A stretch of DNA of 64,000 bases from Spirochaetia bacterium. GTDB lineage: Bacteria; Spirochaetota; Spirochaetia; DSM-16054; Sediminispirochaetaceae. The notes beneath the pieces were generated by a model, which worked only from the letters and a program-made list of their open reading frames with translations, searched no databases and had not been told where the DNA came from. Positions within the stretch are counted from its first letter, which is position 1, and each line of letters opens with the position of its first letter. Positions 30,921 to 41,129 of the stretch are shown one piece after another. Position numbers and translations under genes: made by a program. The stretch lies in the NCBI GenBank assembly GCA_034520965.1, contig JAXHMY010000003.1, positions 256,001 to 320,000 of the forward strand, given 5' to 3'.

Positions 30921-31283
30921 ATGGCTAGGATCTTAGTAGTAGATGACGAAGTGTATATACGCGAGCTCATAAAGAAAGCTCTCAATTTCCGCGGACATAC
31001 AATCGTAGATTTCGATAACGGTATAGATGGAATCAACTATGTAAAAAATAACCCAGTTGATGTGGCTATTATCGATCTGGTGATGCCCCTAAAGGGAGGA
31101 ATAGAGACACTTATTGAGATAAGAGATACAAATAGAAATATAAAAATTATTGCTATCTCCGGGAAAATAGAGACTAGGGCCGATGCAATCCAAGGTTTAG
31201 CTCAGCAATTTAATGTAGATCGGGTGCTTTCAAAGCCCTTCGATGTCGATGAAATAATTCAGATTGTTGAGGACCTAATATGA
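30921..31283 (+). CDS. Stand-alone response regulator receiver
   Basis: VVDDE, IDLVMP, ISG, KPF. Confidence 0.9.
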   Translation: MARILVVDDEVYIRELIKKALNFRGHTIVDFDNGIDGINYVKNNPVDVAIIDLVMPLKGGIETLIEIRDTNRNIKIIAISGKIETRADAIQGLAQQFNVDRVLSKPFDVDEIIQIVEDLI

Positions 31284-31840
31284 CCAACTTAAGGGAAACC
31301 GTAGCTGCCGCCGGCTTTACCGCTTTAATTGCTATCGGAGCTTATATATCCATACCAATTGGACCGGTACCGATTGTATTGCAAAATTTCTTTGTACTTC
31401 TAAGCGCATTACTGCTTGGAAGCAGAATCGCCCTCTCAAGCGTGTTTGTTTATCTGTTTTTGGGAGCCCTTGGATTGCCGGTATTTGCCGGGGGAACCGG
31501 AGGCATCGGCCATTTTTTCGGTCCAACCGGGGGGTACTTAATAGCGTATCTTCCAACGGTAGTGATTACCGGTCTCATTGCCCGACGACCTGTACACAAG
31601 GCCGTTTCGACATTGAATCCGGCATTCATGCAATTCATTGCACTGATAGCCGGTACATTGTGTATCTATCTAATAGGGGTACCATGGCTTAAATTTGCCA
31701 CTCAAATGAGCTGGAAAGCGGCTATCGGGGCCGGTGCAGTACCCTTTATCCTTGGAGACCTTTTGAAAGTTGTAGTTGCATTTTTAATCGGCCGTACTTT
31801 TTCCGCCAGGGTGGATGAATTTTTACAAGTGGAAAAATAA
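31280..31840 (+). CDS. bioY: Biotin ECF substrate component BioY
   Basis: PVPIVLQ, GLPVFAGG, GPTGGYL, PFILGDLLK. Confidence 0.92.
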   Translation: MTNLRETVAAAGFTALIAIGAYISIPIGPVPIVLQNFFVLLSALLLGSRIALSSVFVYLFLGALGLPVFAGGTGGIGHFFGPTGGYLIAYLPTVVITGLIARRPVHKAVSTLNPAFMQFIALIAGTLCIYLIGVPWLKFATQMSWKAAIGAGAVPFILGDLLKVVVAFLIGRTFSARVDEFLQVEK

Positions 31841-31842
31841 GG

Positions 31843-32600
31843 GTGCCCGACAATTTAATTATTGAAGTACAAGATCTTACCCACTCCTTTCTCGATGGTA
31901 CAGTGGCACTTCGAGGAATTAACCTGACTATAAATCAGGGCGAGTTTATACTCTGCGCAGGACGAAACGGTTCAGGCAAAACGGTATTTTCACGTCACCT
32001 GAATGCTCTCTATCAGCCTTCCTCAGGCTGGGTAAAAATTGATGGACGGAGTACTGCAAAAGACCCCTCTATGCCCGCCGAACGGTAGGGCTGGTCTTTC
32101 AGGATGCCGACAGCCAGATAGTCGGCCAAACGGTCCGTCAGGACATAGCCTTTGGCCCGCAAAACCTGCGTCTGCCGAAGGATGTGGTTGAAGAGCGAGT
32201 CGAATCGGCCCTGCAAACCCTGGATCTATACGAACTTGCAGATCATCGACCACACCAGCTTTCCGGGGGCGAGAAGCGGCGCCTGGCAATAGCTTCGGTG
32301 ATCGCAATGGAACCGGCGGTGGTAGTATTTGACGAGCCCTTTTCAAACCTCGATTATCCCGGTGTGCAGTCGGTACTCCGCCATATAGTAGCTCTTCATC
32401 ACAGCGGTCATACAGTAATCATAGTGACCCACGATATAGAAAAAGCTGCCGCCCACGCCAACCGCATGATCATCTTTGATAAAGGGAAAATTGCCGTCGA
32501 TACCACCCCGCAATCCGCACTAACGGAAGTAGAAAATTTTGGTATACGTCTTCCCCGTTCTTTGGGAGGCGATGTAAAAGAGCTCACATGGCTGAAATAG
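31843..32600 (+). CDS. ECF transporter ATPase (BioM/EcfA-like), frameshift near 32070
   Basis: Walker A GRNGSGKT in 31843 frame; VGLVFQ, LSGGEK, FDEP, THD in the next frame. Confidence 0.85.
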
Positions 32601-33328
32601 CGATACTGCACTATCATCCGGGCACATCTGCCCTGCATCGGCTTGATCCGCGCTTCAAGGTACTGCTGATGCTTGGCTACATCGCCGCACTTTTTGCCGG
32701 AAACTGGATGCACTATTTGGCCGTCACGCTCCTGTTGACCACCGCCTCCATCTCCGCCGATTTACACCCGAACAGTTTTAAACGGGAGCTGAAGGTCTTT
32801 CTATTCTTAGCACTGATTATATTCACATCTCACTTTTTTACATCTCTTCAGAGTGGTTACGAGACGGCCCTGCAGGAGGGGCTGTTTTTTGCTTGGCGCT
32901 TTCTTCTGATAGTGTGGCTGGGCATTCTGTTCACCGCTGTCACTGAACCCTCAGAGCTGCATGCAGTGCTGTATTGGCTGCTGCGGCCTCTTCCCGGTGT
33001 TCCCGCCGGCCGGCTGGCTGCTCACGCATCGCTTAGCATAGTTATAATTCCCCTGCTCCTCGATGGGGCCCATGAAATTAGAGAAGCCAGAAAAGCCCGG
33101 GGCATCGATCGCTGCCGCAATCCTGTGAAACGATTTAGAAGTATTATGAATCCGCTTATGGAAAAACTGCTGATGCAAATGGAAGAGCTGGCTCTGGCCC
33201 TCGAAAGCCGCAGCTTCGATGAAAGCGTGCTGCACAGCAGCCTCCTCTTTAAAGGCCGGGATGCGGTGTGCACAATGCTGTGTCTTTTACCGCTTATTGT
33301 GTTACAGATCGTATATATAAATTTTTGA
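32588..33328 (+). CDS. ECF transmembrane component T (BioN/EcfT-like)
   Basis: LHRLDPRFK, ARKARG, ALESRSF motifs. Confidence 0.88.
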   Translation: MAEIAILHYHPGTSALHRLDPRFKVLLMLGYIAALFAGNWMHYLAVTLLLTTASISADLHPNSFKRELKVFLFLALIIFTSHFFTSLQSGYETALQEGLFFAWRFLLIVWLGILFTAVTEPSELHAVLYWLLRPLPGVPAGRLAAHASLSIVIIPLLLDGAHEIREARKARGIDRCRNPVKRFRSIMNPLMEKLLMQMEELALALESRSFDESVLHSSLLFKGRDAVCTMLCLLPLIVLQIVYINF

Positions 33329-34639
33329 GTTACGTAAATTATTGTAGTAATGCCGTTTTTTGCGGGCGATTTCACTCAAATCTCCCTCTCTAAAGCCCAG
33401 TTTTTCAAACCAGTCGGCCGTCTGTGTGGTAAGGGCAAACACGCGTTTCAAGCCTCGCTCCCTCGCCTTCTCGACAAGATAAAGTACCAGCCGTTTACCG
33501 ATACCCATACCCGCAAACCCGCGATCAACCGCTATACCCGCAATCTCGCCCTGGGTATCCGGATACTCATGCAGGGCGGCACAGCCGTGCACCCGGCCGT
33601 CCATATCGTAGACCACATAATCCTGGTATTCCTCTTCTAAGCTTTGGGTATCCCGGGGAACCAAAACTCCCTGGGTAATATAGGGTTCCATCACGCGCAG
33701 CACCTCCGACACATCGACCCGCTGCATTGGGCGGATCGACTCAAATATACTGGTATGGATCATTGTACCTATACCTATATTCGAAAAAATCTCGCGTAGT
33801 ATAACCCCTTCCTGCAATCCATCGACCAGATGCACCCGTTCTACCCCGCTTTCGCAGGCTTTACGACCGAGGTTCACCCTGCGCAGCATTTCATCACCCT
33901 TCAAACTCCCCTGTTTTTCATCGATTGAATTGATCTTCACCAACTCACGGGCTTCCTGAATCGTCAGACGGCTAATTCTGTCACCCGGCTTAATTCCAAG
34001 CCCCTGGGGAAGTAGCAGATGCTCGGTATGGACCGCACGGCCCTCACCAACAAAGAAGAGTTTTTCTGCAGTCAGCTGTGAGCTCACCGCCACCGAGAGC
34101 TCATCCGCCGCAATATTGTAAGTTTTTCCATTGGCATTCCAGCCAATAGGAGGGAAAATGGGTATGACCTCCTGGTCGATAATGGTAGTAAGGGCCTGCG
34201 TATCAATTCGCTCTACCACTCCTGTATACTTATAGTCCACCCCGTCTATGATACCGCGTCCCTTCGCTCGAACCCAATTACCTATAACCGATCTAACCCC
34301 CTCTCCAGCGAGGGCAGACATAAGGGTATTCGCAATATTGAAAGAAACCATTTCTACAAAGGGCAGCGCTGCCTCGTCGGTAACCCGCAACCCCCGGTAG
34401 GAGTGCTGGGGCACCTTATACTCCTCGAGTATTCGGTTCACTTTTTCTCTTGTACCGGGAACCAGCACTATCCGTATACCCGATTGATGGAGCGTGGCAA
34501 TATCCTTTATAAATACAGGGAAGAACTGATTTTCGATTATCCGCAGGTCGATATACAGAACAAACAGCCGCCCGCGAAAGCGCTGAGCATAGCCGAGGCT
34601 CTCGCGGATAATATCAAGCTCGTGATTTGAAGTGTCCAT
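33302..34639 (-). CDS. argA: Amino-acid N-acetyltransferase (N-acetylglutamate synthase)
   Basis: AA-kinase-like domain (GLRVTD, DGVDYKYTG) plus GNAT domain (HGCAALHEY, FALTTQTADWF, RNSKI). Confidence 0.9.
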   Translation of the reverse strand: MDTSNHELDIIRESLGYAQRFRGRLFVLYIDLRIIENQFFPVFIKDIATLHQSGIRIVLVPGTREKVNRILEEYKVPQHSYRGLRVTDEAALPFVEMVSFNIANTLMSALAGEGVRSVIGNWVRAKGRGIIDGVDYKYTGVVERIDTQALTTIIDQEVIPIFPPIGWNANGKTYNIAADELSVAVSSQLTAEKLFFVGEGRAVHTEHLLLPQGLGIKPGDRISRLTIQEARELVKINSIDEKQGSLKGDEMLRRVNLGRKACESGVERVHLVDGLQEGVILREIFSNIGIGTMIHTSIFESIRPMQRVDVSEVLRVMEPYITQGVLVPRDTQSLEEEYQDYVVYDMDGRVHGCAALHEYPDTQGEIAGIAVDRGFAGMGIGKRLVLYLVEKARERGLKRVFALTTQTADWFEKLGFREGDLSEIARKKRHYYNNLRNSKIYIYDL

Positions 34640-35765
34640 GCCCTTCGCTCCCTTTGCGGTAATCCTGAACCATCTCGGCGGCGATTGCAAGTGCAATTTC
34701 TTCAGGATTTGCAGCCCCAATATCAATGCCAATCGGCCCGTGAATCCTGGATAACTGCTCCTCCGTGTAACCCTCTGCCCTTAATCGTTGTAAACGATTC
34801 TTTAATGTTTTGCGGCTGCCAAGCACTCCTACATAAAAACAGTTACTCCCAAGGGCTTCTCCAACTGCAGCATCATCAATTTGTTCGCTGTGGGTAATGG
34901 CCGCCACTGCGGTATGCCGGGCCGGGGGGTCAGTGCGTGGAGGCGTATGAGCGTTGGTGGGACAGCCGGAAATTCCAAGCTCCTCAAAGGCCTCCTGGGG
35001 CCACTTATGCAGAAGGACATCAGCAGCTGAGAAACGCTCAGGCGCAGCAAAGGTCTCGCGAGGATCCACAACGCTTATGCGCCATCCAAGGGCTTTCAAC
35101 TGATGTACCAGGGCTTCTCCGATGTGAGACCCGCCGACTATCACTGCATGGGGAACAGGCGGATGGTGCTGTATAAAAAAACGTACTTCAGGCTGCGTTT
35201 CCTCAGCAGTTATTTCAATAACCCCATATTCTTGGGAAAACGAGTGGGGAAAGGTGTGGGACAGCAGCTTAGCAAGCAGCTCCCTAAGCGCCGCAGAATC
35301 TGACCGACTGTTCGGCAGGCCGATGTGCAACTCATCCTGACTATCAAGGGCAAAGGACGTACCCAGCCAATCCTCCGGACCGACAGTACATACACCCCAG
35401 AGAATATTCTGCCCCCGGGTGAGGCGCGACGCAACGGCTGCTCCGACAGACGCTGAATATGGATAAATGCATACTTGTACGGTACCGCCACAAGGAGAGG
35501 GCCCACCAAAGGGATCGTCATTTGGGCAAAATCTAATTTGGCGGGCTCCATTCTGGGCACGTAGCCGATTTACCGTTTCAATAACGGTGCTTTCAATACA
35601 GCCGCCGCTCACTGATCCGGTCAGTGAATCATCTGCAGCAACACCCATGGTCGCTCCGGCTCCTCGCACTGCCGAACCTTCTATATCTGTTATTGTCGCA
35701 AGGTAAATCGGGTTCTTCCTAGTATCACCGGTCCACCTCTGCAGCTGGGTATATATGTCGAACAT
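34614..35765 (-). CDS. XdhC/CoxF family molybdoenzyme accessory protein
   Basis: GSAVR, GSVSGGCIE, PCGG, YVGVLGSR, PIGIDIGAANPEEIALAIAAE. Confidence 0.9.
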   Translation of the reverse strand: MFDIYTQLQRWTGDTRKNPIYLATITDIEGSAVRGAGATMGVAADDSLTGSVSGGCIESTVIETVNRLRAQNGARQIRFCPNDDPFGGPSPCGGTVQVCIYPYSASVGAAVASRLTRGQNILWGVCTVGPEDWLGTSFALDSQDELHIGLPNSRSDSAALRELLAKLLSHTFPHSFSQEYGVIEITAEETQPEVRFFIQHHPPVPHAVIVGGSHIGEALVHQLKALGWRISVVDPRETFAAPERFSAADVLLHKWPQEAFEELGISGCPTNAHTPPRTDPPARHTAVAAITHSEQIDDAAVGEALGSNCFYVGVLGSRKTLKNRLQRLRAEGYTEEQLSRIHGPIGIDIGAANPEEIALAIAAEMVQDYRKGSEGHGHFKSRA

Positions 35766-35845
35766 AAACAAACTCCTATAGTATTTCTACTCAAATTATA
35801 CTTAAATGCCGCCCTATTCCAACCCCAACTGCAGAATTACTTCTC

Positions 35846-35869
35846 TGTTATAATTGCTTGTTATAATTG
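35846..35869. promoter_or_regulatory. Direct repeat TGTTATAATTG x2 between xdhC and tetR, possible operator
   Basis: 11-bp repeat at 13-bp period in the divergent intergenic region. Confidence 0.35.
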
Positions 35870-35918
35870 GCTTTTCCACGATAGTAATGCTATATTGAAA
35901 TAAGATGGAGATTTAGAA

Positions 35919-36488
35919 ATGAGAAAAAGCAAGCAAGACTATGTAGGAATAGATAATAGGCAGCGTATCCTAGAAGCCGCAACCGATTTGTTTATCCAGC
36001 AAGGAGCACAGGATACAAGCCTGGCAGAAATTGCCCAGGCCCTCAACATCAGCAAGGGAACTTTATATTATTACTACTCTAGTAAAGCCGAACTCATATT
36101 TGATGTAACCGATGTCTACATGCAGGAACTTACAGAAGGCCTGCTTGACTGGGTGAAAAGCTTAAAGGAAACAACCGCGCCGGAGAATATTTTAGAGGCA
36201 GTGTTCCACACCATCTTCAACGCAAAAACGAGGGGCAAATTGCACATCTACCTGATTCATGAGGCAATTACAACCCAAGGACCATTGCAAGAGAAAATAA
36301 AAGCAGCCTACGGGCGATGGAAATTGATGCTGCAGGAAGGGCTGGATACTGTCTTTGGCGATACCCTGGACACAAAAGTATATGCCGATATCATTTTAAC
36401 AATGTTAACCGGAGGCATAGTTCATACTATCATTGGCGTCGAGATGGCGCCCCTTAAAGAACTTATTCACCCACTTCTATATAAGTAA
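35919..36488 (+). CDS. TetR/AcrR family regulator
   Basis: ILEAATDLF, TSLAEIA, SKGTLYYYYSSKAEL. Confidence 0.92.
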   Translation: MRKSKQDYVGIDNRQRILEAATDLFIQQGAQDTSLAEIAQALNISKGTLYYYYSSKAELIFDVTDVYMQELTEGLLDWVKSLKETTAPENILEAVFHTIFNAKTRGKLHIYLIHEAITTQGPLQEKIKAAYGRWKLMLQEGLDTVFGDTLDTKVYADIILTMLTGGIVHTIIGVEMAPLKELIHPLLYK

Positions 36489-36533
36489 CGAGCTAAGGGA
36501 TAAGCTTTAACTTCGGCTCTTCGCTGAATATAC

Positions 36534-36570
36534 AAAAAAACCGGCTATCCCTTTGGATGCCGGTTTTCTT
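36534..36570. terminator. Bidirectional terminator between tetR and trxA
   Basis: AAAACCGGC...GCCGGTTTT hairpin with A/T runs on both sides. Confidence 0.8.
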
Positions 36571-36593
36571 CTATTTAAGATTCTATAGGTAGT

Positions 36594-36947
36594 TTAAGCG
36601 AGCAGCTCGTCATCGAGAACCTGCTTAAAAGACTCCTTCGGCAGTGCACCGGCTGCCATCTGAGGTTTTCCCTCCAAGGGAATAAACAGGATTGAAGGGA
36701 TACTCTGTATTCCAAATGCTGCGGCCAGCTCCTGCTGGTCTTCCGTATCAATCTTGTAGAAATTGACTTTTCCTTCATACTCTTCCGAGAGTTCTTCTAC
36801 AATCGGGGCAACCATTTTACAAGGACCACACCAGTCCGCATAAAAATCGATTACCGCTGGAAGATCTCCTTGGAACTCCCACTCTTTCTTCTTTTCGAAG
36901 TCAAAAACTTTCTCTAAAAACGTCTCTTTTGTCAAATGTTCGGGCAT
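36594..36947 (-). CDS. trxA: Thioredoxin
   Basis: DFYADWCGPCK, IQSIP. Confidence 0.93.
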   Translation of the reverse strand: MPEHLTKETFLEKVFDFEKKKEWEFQGDLPAVIDFYADWCGPCKMVAPIVEELSEEYEGKVNFYKIDTEDQQELAAAFGIQSIPSILFIPLEGKPQMAAGALPKESFKQVLDDELLA

Positions 36948-37055
36948 ATTATCTCCTTTACCTTATTATATATCTTTTGATATATATATTGTTTCCTGAT
37001 TTATAGTAAAAATACTAATACTTTGCTAAAAAATCAAGTCCCCCAGAGGGAATTT

Positions 37056-37086
37056 AAAACGGCCGGCTTTTTGTCAGCCGGCCGTT
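37056..37086 (-). terminator. Terminator after the PPIase gene
   Basis: AACGGCCGGCT / AGCCGGCCGTT 11-bp stem. Confidence 0.75.
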
Positions 37087-37108
37087 CCTGTCAATCTACA
37101 GAATATAC

Positions 37109-38221
37109 TTAACCGCTAAGACCAAACCGCTCGATATTCGCGCTTTGTTTCTCTTCATCCAGAAATGCTTTTTTAGCTTCTTGAAGTTTTACTCTCTCAA
37201 GGTGAGTCCTGATATTGTCCTCAACTTCACCAAAAGATGCCTTTGAAGCCTCTTTATGGTCGGTAAGTTTGATAAGGTGAAAGCCGAAAGATGTTTCAAC
37301 AATATCACTTACTTCTCCTACTTCCATATTAAAGGCAGCTTTTTCAAACTCGGGTACCATCTGACCGCGGCCAAAGTAATTGAGATCACCGCCCCTCTCG
37401 CTACTGGGACCTTCGGAAACCTCACGAGCAACTTTACTAAACTCTTCTCCATTTTCAATGCGCTTCTTGGCAGCCTGCAGTTTCTCTTTCGCAGCTGCTT
37501 TATCCGCTTCAGTGGCATCTTCCCCTGCTTGAATAAGTATATGGCTGGCTCTTACCTGCTCCGGTTGCTCAAACTGTTCCGGGTTGTCCTCATAGTAAGC
37601 TTTTACCTCAGAGGCTTGCACCTTTACCTGATCACCAAACTTGCTCTCTTCGAACTGTACTTTAGTCATCTGCTTGGCCAATTCCTGCTTGAGCTCCTGC
37701 TCCGACATTCCCTGCTGATTCAAGGCTTGTTGGTAAGCAGCTTTATCTGCAAACTGCTCTTTAGTTTTCTGCAGCTCCTCATCCAATTCTTTATCGGAAG
37801 GACCGTAACCATTTTCCTCCGCAATTTGATACATGAGTTCATTATCAATCAAACTTTCAAGCACCATTGCCTGTAGTTGTTGAAGCTGGGCCCCCTGAAC
37901 CTGCATACCCTGTTGCGAATATTGGTATCTAAAATAGTTGAGTAGTTGTTCAAACTCCTGTCGACCAATCTCTTCTCCATTCACTTTAGCCACAACTCCT
38001 TCTGGTGCTGATCCGGAAGCTTGTGCTGAACCGCCGCCGGCGTTTTCACTCTCCTGGGGGTCCGCCTGCTGACTTGTCTCCTGCTGACTCGTCTCCTGCT
38101 GAGCATCTTTTTGGTCGTCATCCTGTTTTTCCTGCTTACCTCCGGCAAACAGCATCGCGGAACTGATAAACAGCATAATACATAAAGCTGTAAAAAGGCG
38201 AAGCATACGTCTTGCGTGCAT
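37109..38221 (-). CDS. SurA/PrsA-like parvulin peptidyl-prolyl isomerase
   Basis: VAKVNGEEI, VRASHILI, GGDLNYF, MVPEFE, TSFGFHLIK. Confidence 0.92.
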   Translation of the reverse strand: MHARRMLRLFTALCIMLFISSAMLFAGGKQEKQDDDQKDAQQETSQQETSQQADPQESENAGGGSAQASGSAPEGVVAKVNGEEIGRQEFEQLLNYFRYQYSQQGMQVQGAQLQQLQAMVLESLIDNELMYQIAEENGYGPSDKELDEELQKTKEQFADKAAYQQALNQQGMSEQELKQELAKQMTKVQFEESKFGDQVKVQASEVKAYYEDNPEQFEQPEQVRASHILIQAGEDATEADKAAAKEKLQAAKKRIENGEEFSKVAREVSEGPSSERGGDLNYFGRGQMVPEFEKAAFNMEVGEVSDIVETSFGFHLIKLTDHKEASKASFGEVEDNIRTHLERVKLQEAKKAFLDEEKQSANIERFGLSG

Positions 38222-38510
38222 AATATATCTCCTAAAACATAAAATTGTTCTTGAACACTTTATAGGTTCATACACAAGTCAAAGGCATATCCACCCGGGA
38301 TTCCCTTTAACTCCCCTACAAAATAACAGCTTAAAAGGAACACTTTCAAGTGTTATCTAAGGAATATGGATATTTTTAGTATCCTCACATACAATTCTGT
38401 TAACTCTATTACATTTTATATATATTTTAGATAAATTAAACTTTTTTAACGGTAGTCAAATTGGGATTTTCCTGATAAAATCTATGCAGCCTAGAGTTTG
38501 GATGGTTACT

Positions 38511-40415
38511 ATGAAAATAAAAACTCGCATTCTACTTCTTAACCTTCTTTTCCTGCTTGCTTTGGGGGGAACAGGAATCAGTTCGTATATACTCTACAAC
38601 ATACGAGGCAGCCTAAACAGTTTAGTTTTAGAAATGCAGACGATCACCTCGCATATGTACAGAACAAACTCTCTGACAAAAGAGCTATTATTAACTGAAA
38701 AAATTTCTGTGGCTTATTCCCGTTTTCTTGATCAATACAACAACTTCTACAACCGTACGGTTGAACTGATCAACTCCGACTCCTACATTGATCTTATTTC
38801 AGAAAACGAACATGGACTCATGCGAACCGATTATCTGAAGGGTATCCTGCAGGGAGCCGATGATAATGTGAAACAAATCAATCCACGAATGATAAACCTC
38901 ATCCAGAACTATCCCCAGGGGCTGCCGGGCTTGTTATTAGCCGTTCGGGAGTATAATGATCCACAGCTTTCAGAGCTGAAGACAGAAATCGAAAGTCTTA
39001 GCTATTATTTCGGAGAATCACTTAATTCGACCTTGAACGAGCTTTCCGAACGCTTGGAGGATAGTGCCCAAAATCGAGAGAACTCTCTCCAGAACTTAGT
39101 GTACTTTATGATTACGGGTTTTATTCTATTAATCCTGATTATTTCAGGAACGCTTATGTTCAATATAAAAAAACAATTTGACGATCTTCGGCAAAGCCTT
39201 GAAATCATGGGTTCGGGTGACTTTTCTCACCGCCTTAAAGCGCACGGTGCAGATGAACTTTCGGCAGTAGCAAACTCAATAAACACATTTCTCACTGATT
39301 TTTCTGCTGTGATCAACGAGATAAAGGCCATGTCCAAGGAAAGCACCCGTCTTAAAGATGAGCTTACTGGTGCCAGCAATGAATCAGCTGCCGCTATAAA
39401 TCAAATGAGTTCTAATATCCAGAGCATTGGTGATCAGTTTGAGGGTTTAGTCGAAAGAATGCAAACAGCTACCCAGGCTACCGGCGAAATTTTAACCGGA
39501 ATACAATCATTGACAGAAAAAATTAATTCTCAATCATCTGCAGTTACCCAATCTTCAGCCTCGATTGAACAAATGACTGCCGCAGTAGAAAATGTAAGCG
39601 CCATTTCAGAAAAACGCAAAACTGCAAGCGATAGACTGGTCGAAATAACTAGTTCAGGGGGAGAAAAAATTGAGAACACCAACGCTCTGATTGAAGAAAG
39701 TACCCGGGATGTAAGTGAAATACTGGAAGTCATCAACATAATTAATAATGTTGCCAGCCAGACCAATTTGCTTTCCATGAATGCTGCAATCGAGGCGGCC
39801 CACGCCGGTGATGCCGGGCGTGGTTTTGCAGTTGTTGCTGATGAGATTAGAAAGCTTGCAGAAACTACCAACGGGAATGCAAAAAAAATTAAAACCAGTA
39901 TCAATACTATTGCCCAAAAAATTGAGACAATTCACAGCACAAGTAATGAAAGCCGGGATGCCTTTAAAACTATTGAGGCCGAAACCCGCTCCTCAAGCGA
40001 AGCCATGTCCGAAATAAATTCCAGCATGAAAGAGCTTTCTACCGGCAGTAATGAAATTTTAGAGGCAATGAGCTCTCTTTCGAATACTACCCAGGAGATC
40101 CAGGACAACGCTGCTGTGGTAACTTCTAATTCCCGGAACATAAATGAGTCTATTGAAGGCATTTTAGAAATTGGGCACGGGATTAAAGACGGTATGGAGG
40201 AGATTGAAGCAGGAATAATCGACATCAACCACTCAATGACTCAGGTAAATGAATTGAATGAGGAAAGCAGCAACTCAATTGACAGTTTAGTTGATAGAGT
40301 AGCTGTTTTTAAGACTGAAACCCACGATAATGAGAATGAAGTCCAACCACTTTCTTCCGAAGAAGCGGGGACAAGGAAGCCGAATAGAGCTGTAAAGCTG
40401 CTCTCGGTACTTTAG
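38511..40415 (+). CDS. Methyl-accepting chemotaxis protein
   Basis: 2 TM helices, [40 protein letters not shown]. Confidence 0.95.
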   Translation: MKIKTRILLLNLLFLLALGGTGISSYILYNIRGSLNSLVLEMQTITSHMYRTNSLTKELLLTEKISVAYSRFLDQYNNFYNRTVELINSDSYIDLISENEHGLMRTDYLKGILQGADDNVKQINPRMINLIQNYPQGLPGLLLAVREYNDPQLSELKTEIESLSYYFGESLNSTLNELSERLEDSAQNRENSLQNLVYFMITGFILLILIISGTLMFNIKKQFDDLRQSLEIMGSGDFSHRLKAHGADELSAVANSINTFLTDFSAVINEIKAMSKESTRLKDELTGASNESAAAINQMSSNIQSIGDQFEGLVERMQTATQATGEILTGIQSLTEKINSQSSAVTQSSASIEQMTAAVENVSAISEKRKTASDRLVEITSSGGEKIENTNALIEESTRDVSEILEVINIINNVASQTNLLSMNAAIEAAHAGDAGRGFAVVADEIRKLAETTNGNAKKIKTSINTIAQKIETIHSTSNESRDAFKTIEAETRSSSEAMSEINSSMKELSTGSNEILEAMSSLSNTTQEIQDNAAVVTSNSRNINESIEGILEIGHGIKDGMEEIEAGIIDINHSMTQVNELNEESSNSIDSLVDRVAVFKTETHDNENEVQPLSSEEAGTRKPNRAVKLLSVL

Positions 40416-40465
40416 AATTGCTCTCAGTACTTGGAAGTTTGTGTCTGAATTTGTATATTGTAACC

Positions 40466-41098
40466 ATGATGGATTTTGAACCGCTGCACGTACCGCCACC
40501 TTTAGAATCAGAAAAGATACCCGAGTATTTGCTGGGCTATATGCTCATCTCGGAATCTGATCTGAGAGACCCCAACTTTTTTCAAACAATTGTGTTGATA
40601 TTAACCCATGACCAAAACGGAGCTATGGGATTAGTTATTAATCGCCCCAGTGAGGCCACACTGTCTGAAATTACAGAAGATATGGAGACCTCCGAATTTG
40701 CCGATGCTCCTATTCATATTGGCGGTCCGGTAGATCAGAATTATCTATTCGCGCTGCATTCAGGATTTATTGGTAATGTAAAAAGCGATGGCGCTATTCA
40801 GGTTGCCGATCATATTGTGTTTGAACCTGACTTTACCCTGCTGCACAGCAACTACAGACAACTGAAACAGGAGGACGGGTCAATACCTCCAACGGTAAAG
40901 TTTTTTGCCGGTTATGCAGGCTGGGCTGGGGGGCAGCTGGAAGATGAACTTAAGCGGAATGACTGGATAGTTATACCGGCTGCGGCCGATTTGGTCTTTT
41001 CACAGGATCCAGTAGAAACATGGAGACAAGCACTCTACAAAAAGGGCGGTGTGTACTGGTTGGCCGCTGAAACCGGGCACAAACCTTCAATTAACTGA
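40466..41098 (+). CDS. YqgE/AlgH (DUF179) family protein
   Basis: DPNFFQT, GAMGLVINRP, GGPV, GYAGWAGGQLEDEL. Confidence 0.92.
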   Translation: MMDFEPLHVPPPLESEKIPEYLLGYMLISESDLRDPNFFQTIVLILTHDQNGAMGLVINRPSEATLSEITEDMETSEFADAPIHIGGPVDQNYLFALHSGFIGNVKSDGAIQVADHIVFEPDFTLLHSNYRQLKQEDGSIPPTVKFFAGYAGWAGGQLEDELKRNDWIVIPAAADLVFSQDPVETWRQALYKKGGVYWLAAETGHKPSIN

Positions 41099-41129
41099 AT
41101 TACTAATACATCATAGTAACACCCCTTTA

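Noticed and set aside
38086..38103. QQETS repeat in the PPIase, and the GPD/GPS repeat in ETF alpha near 50620
   Set aside because: Ordinary low-complexity linkers.
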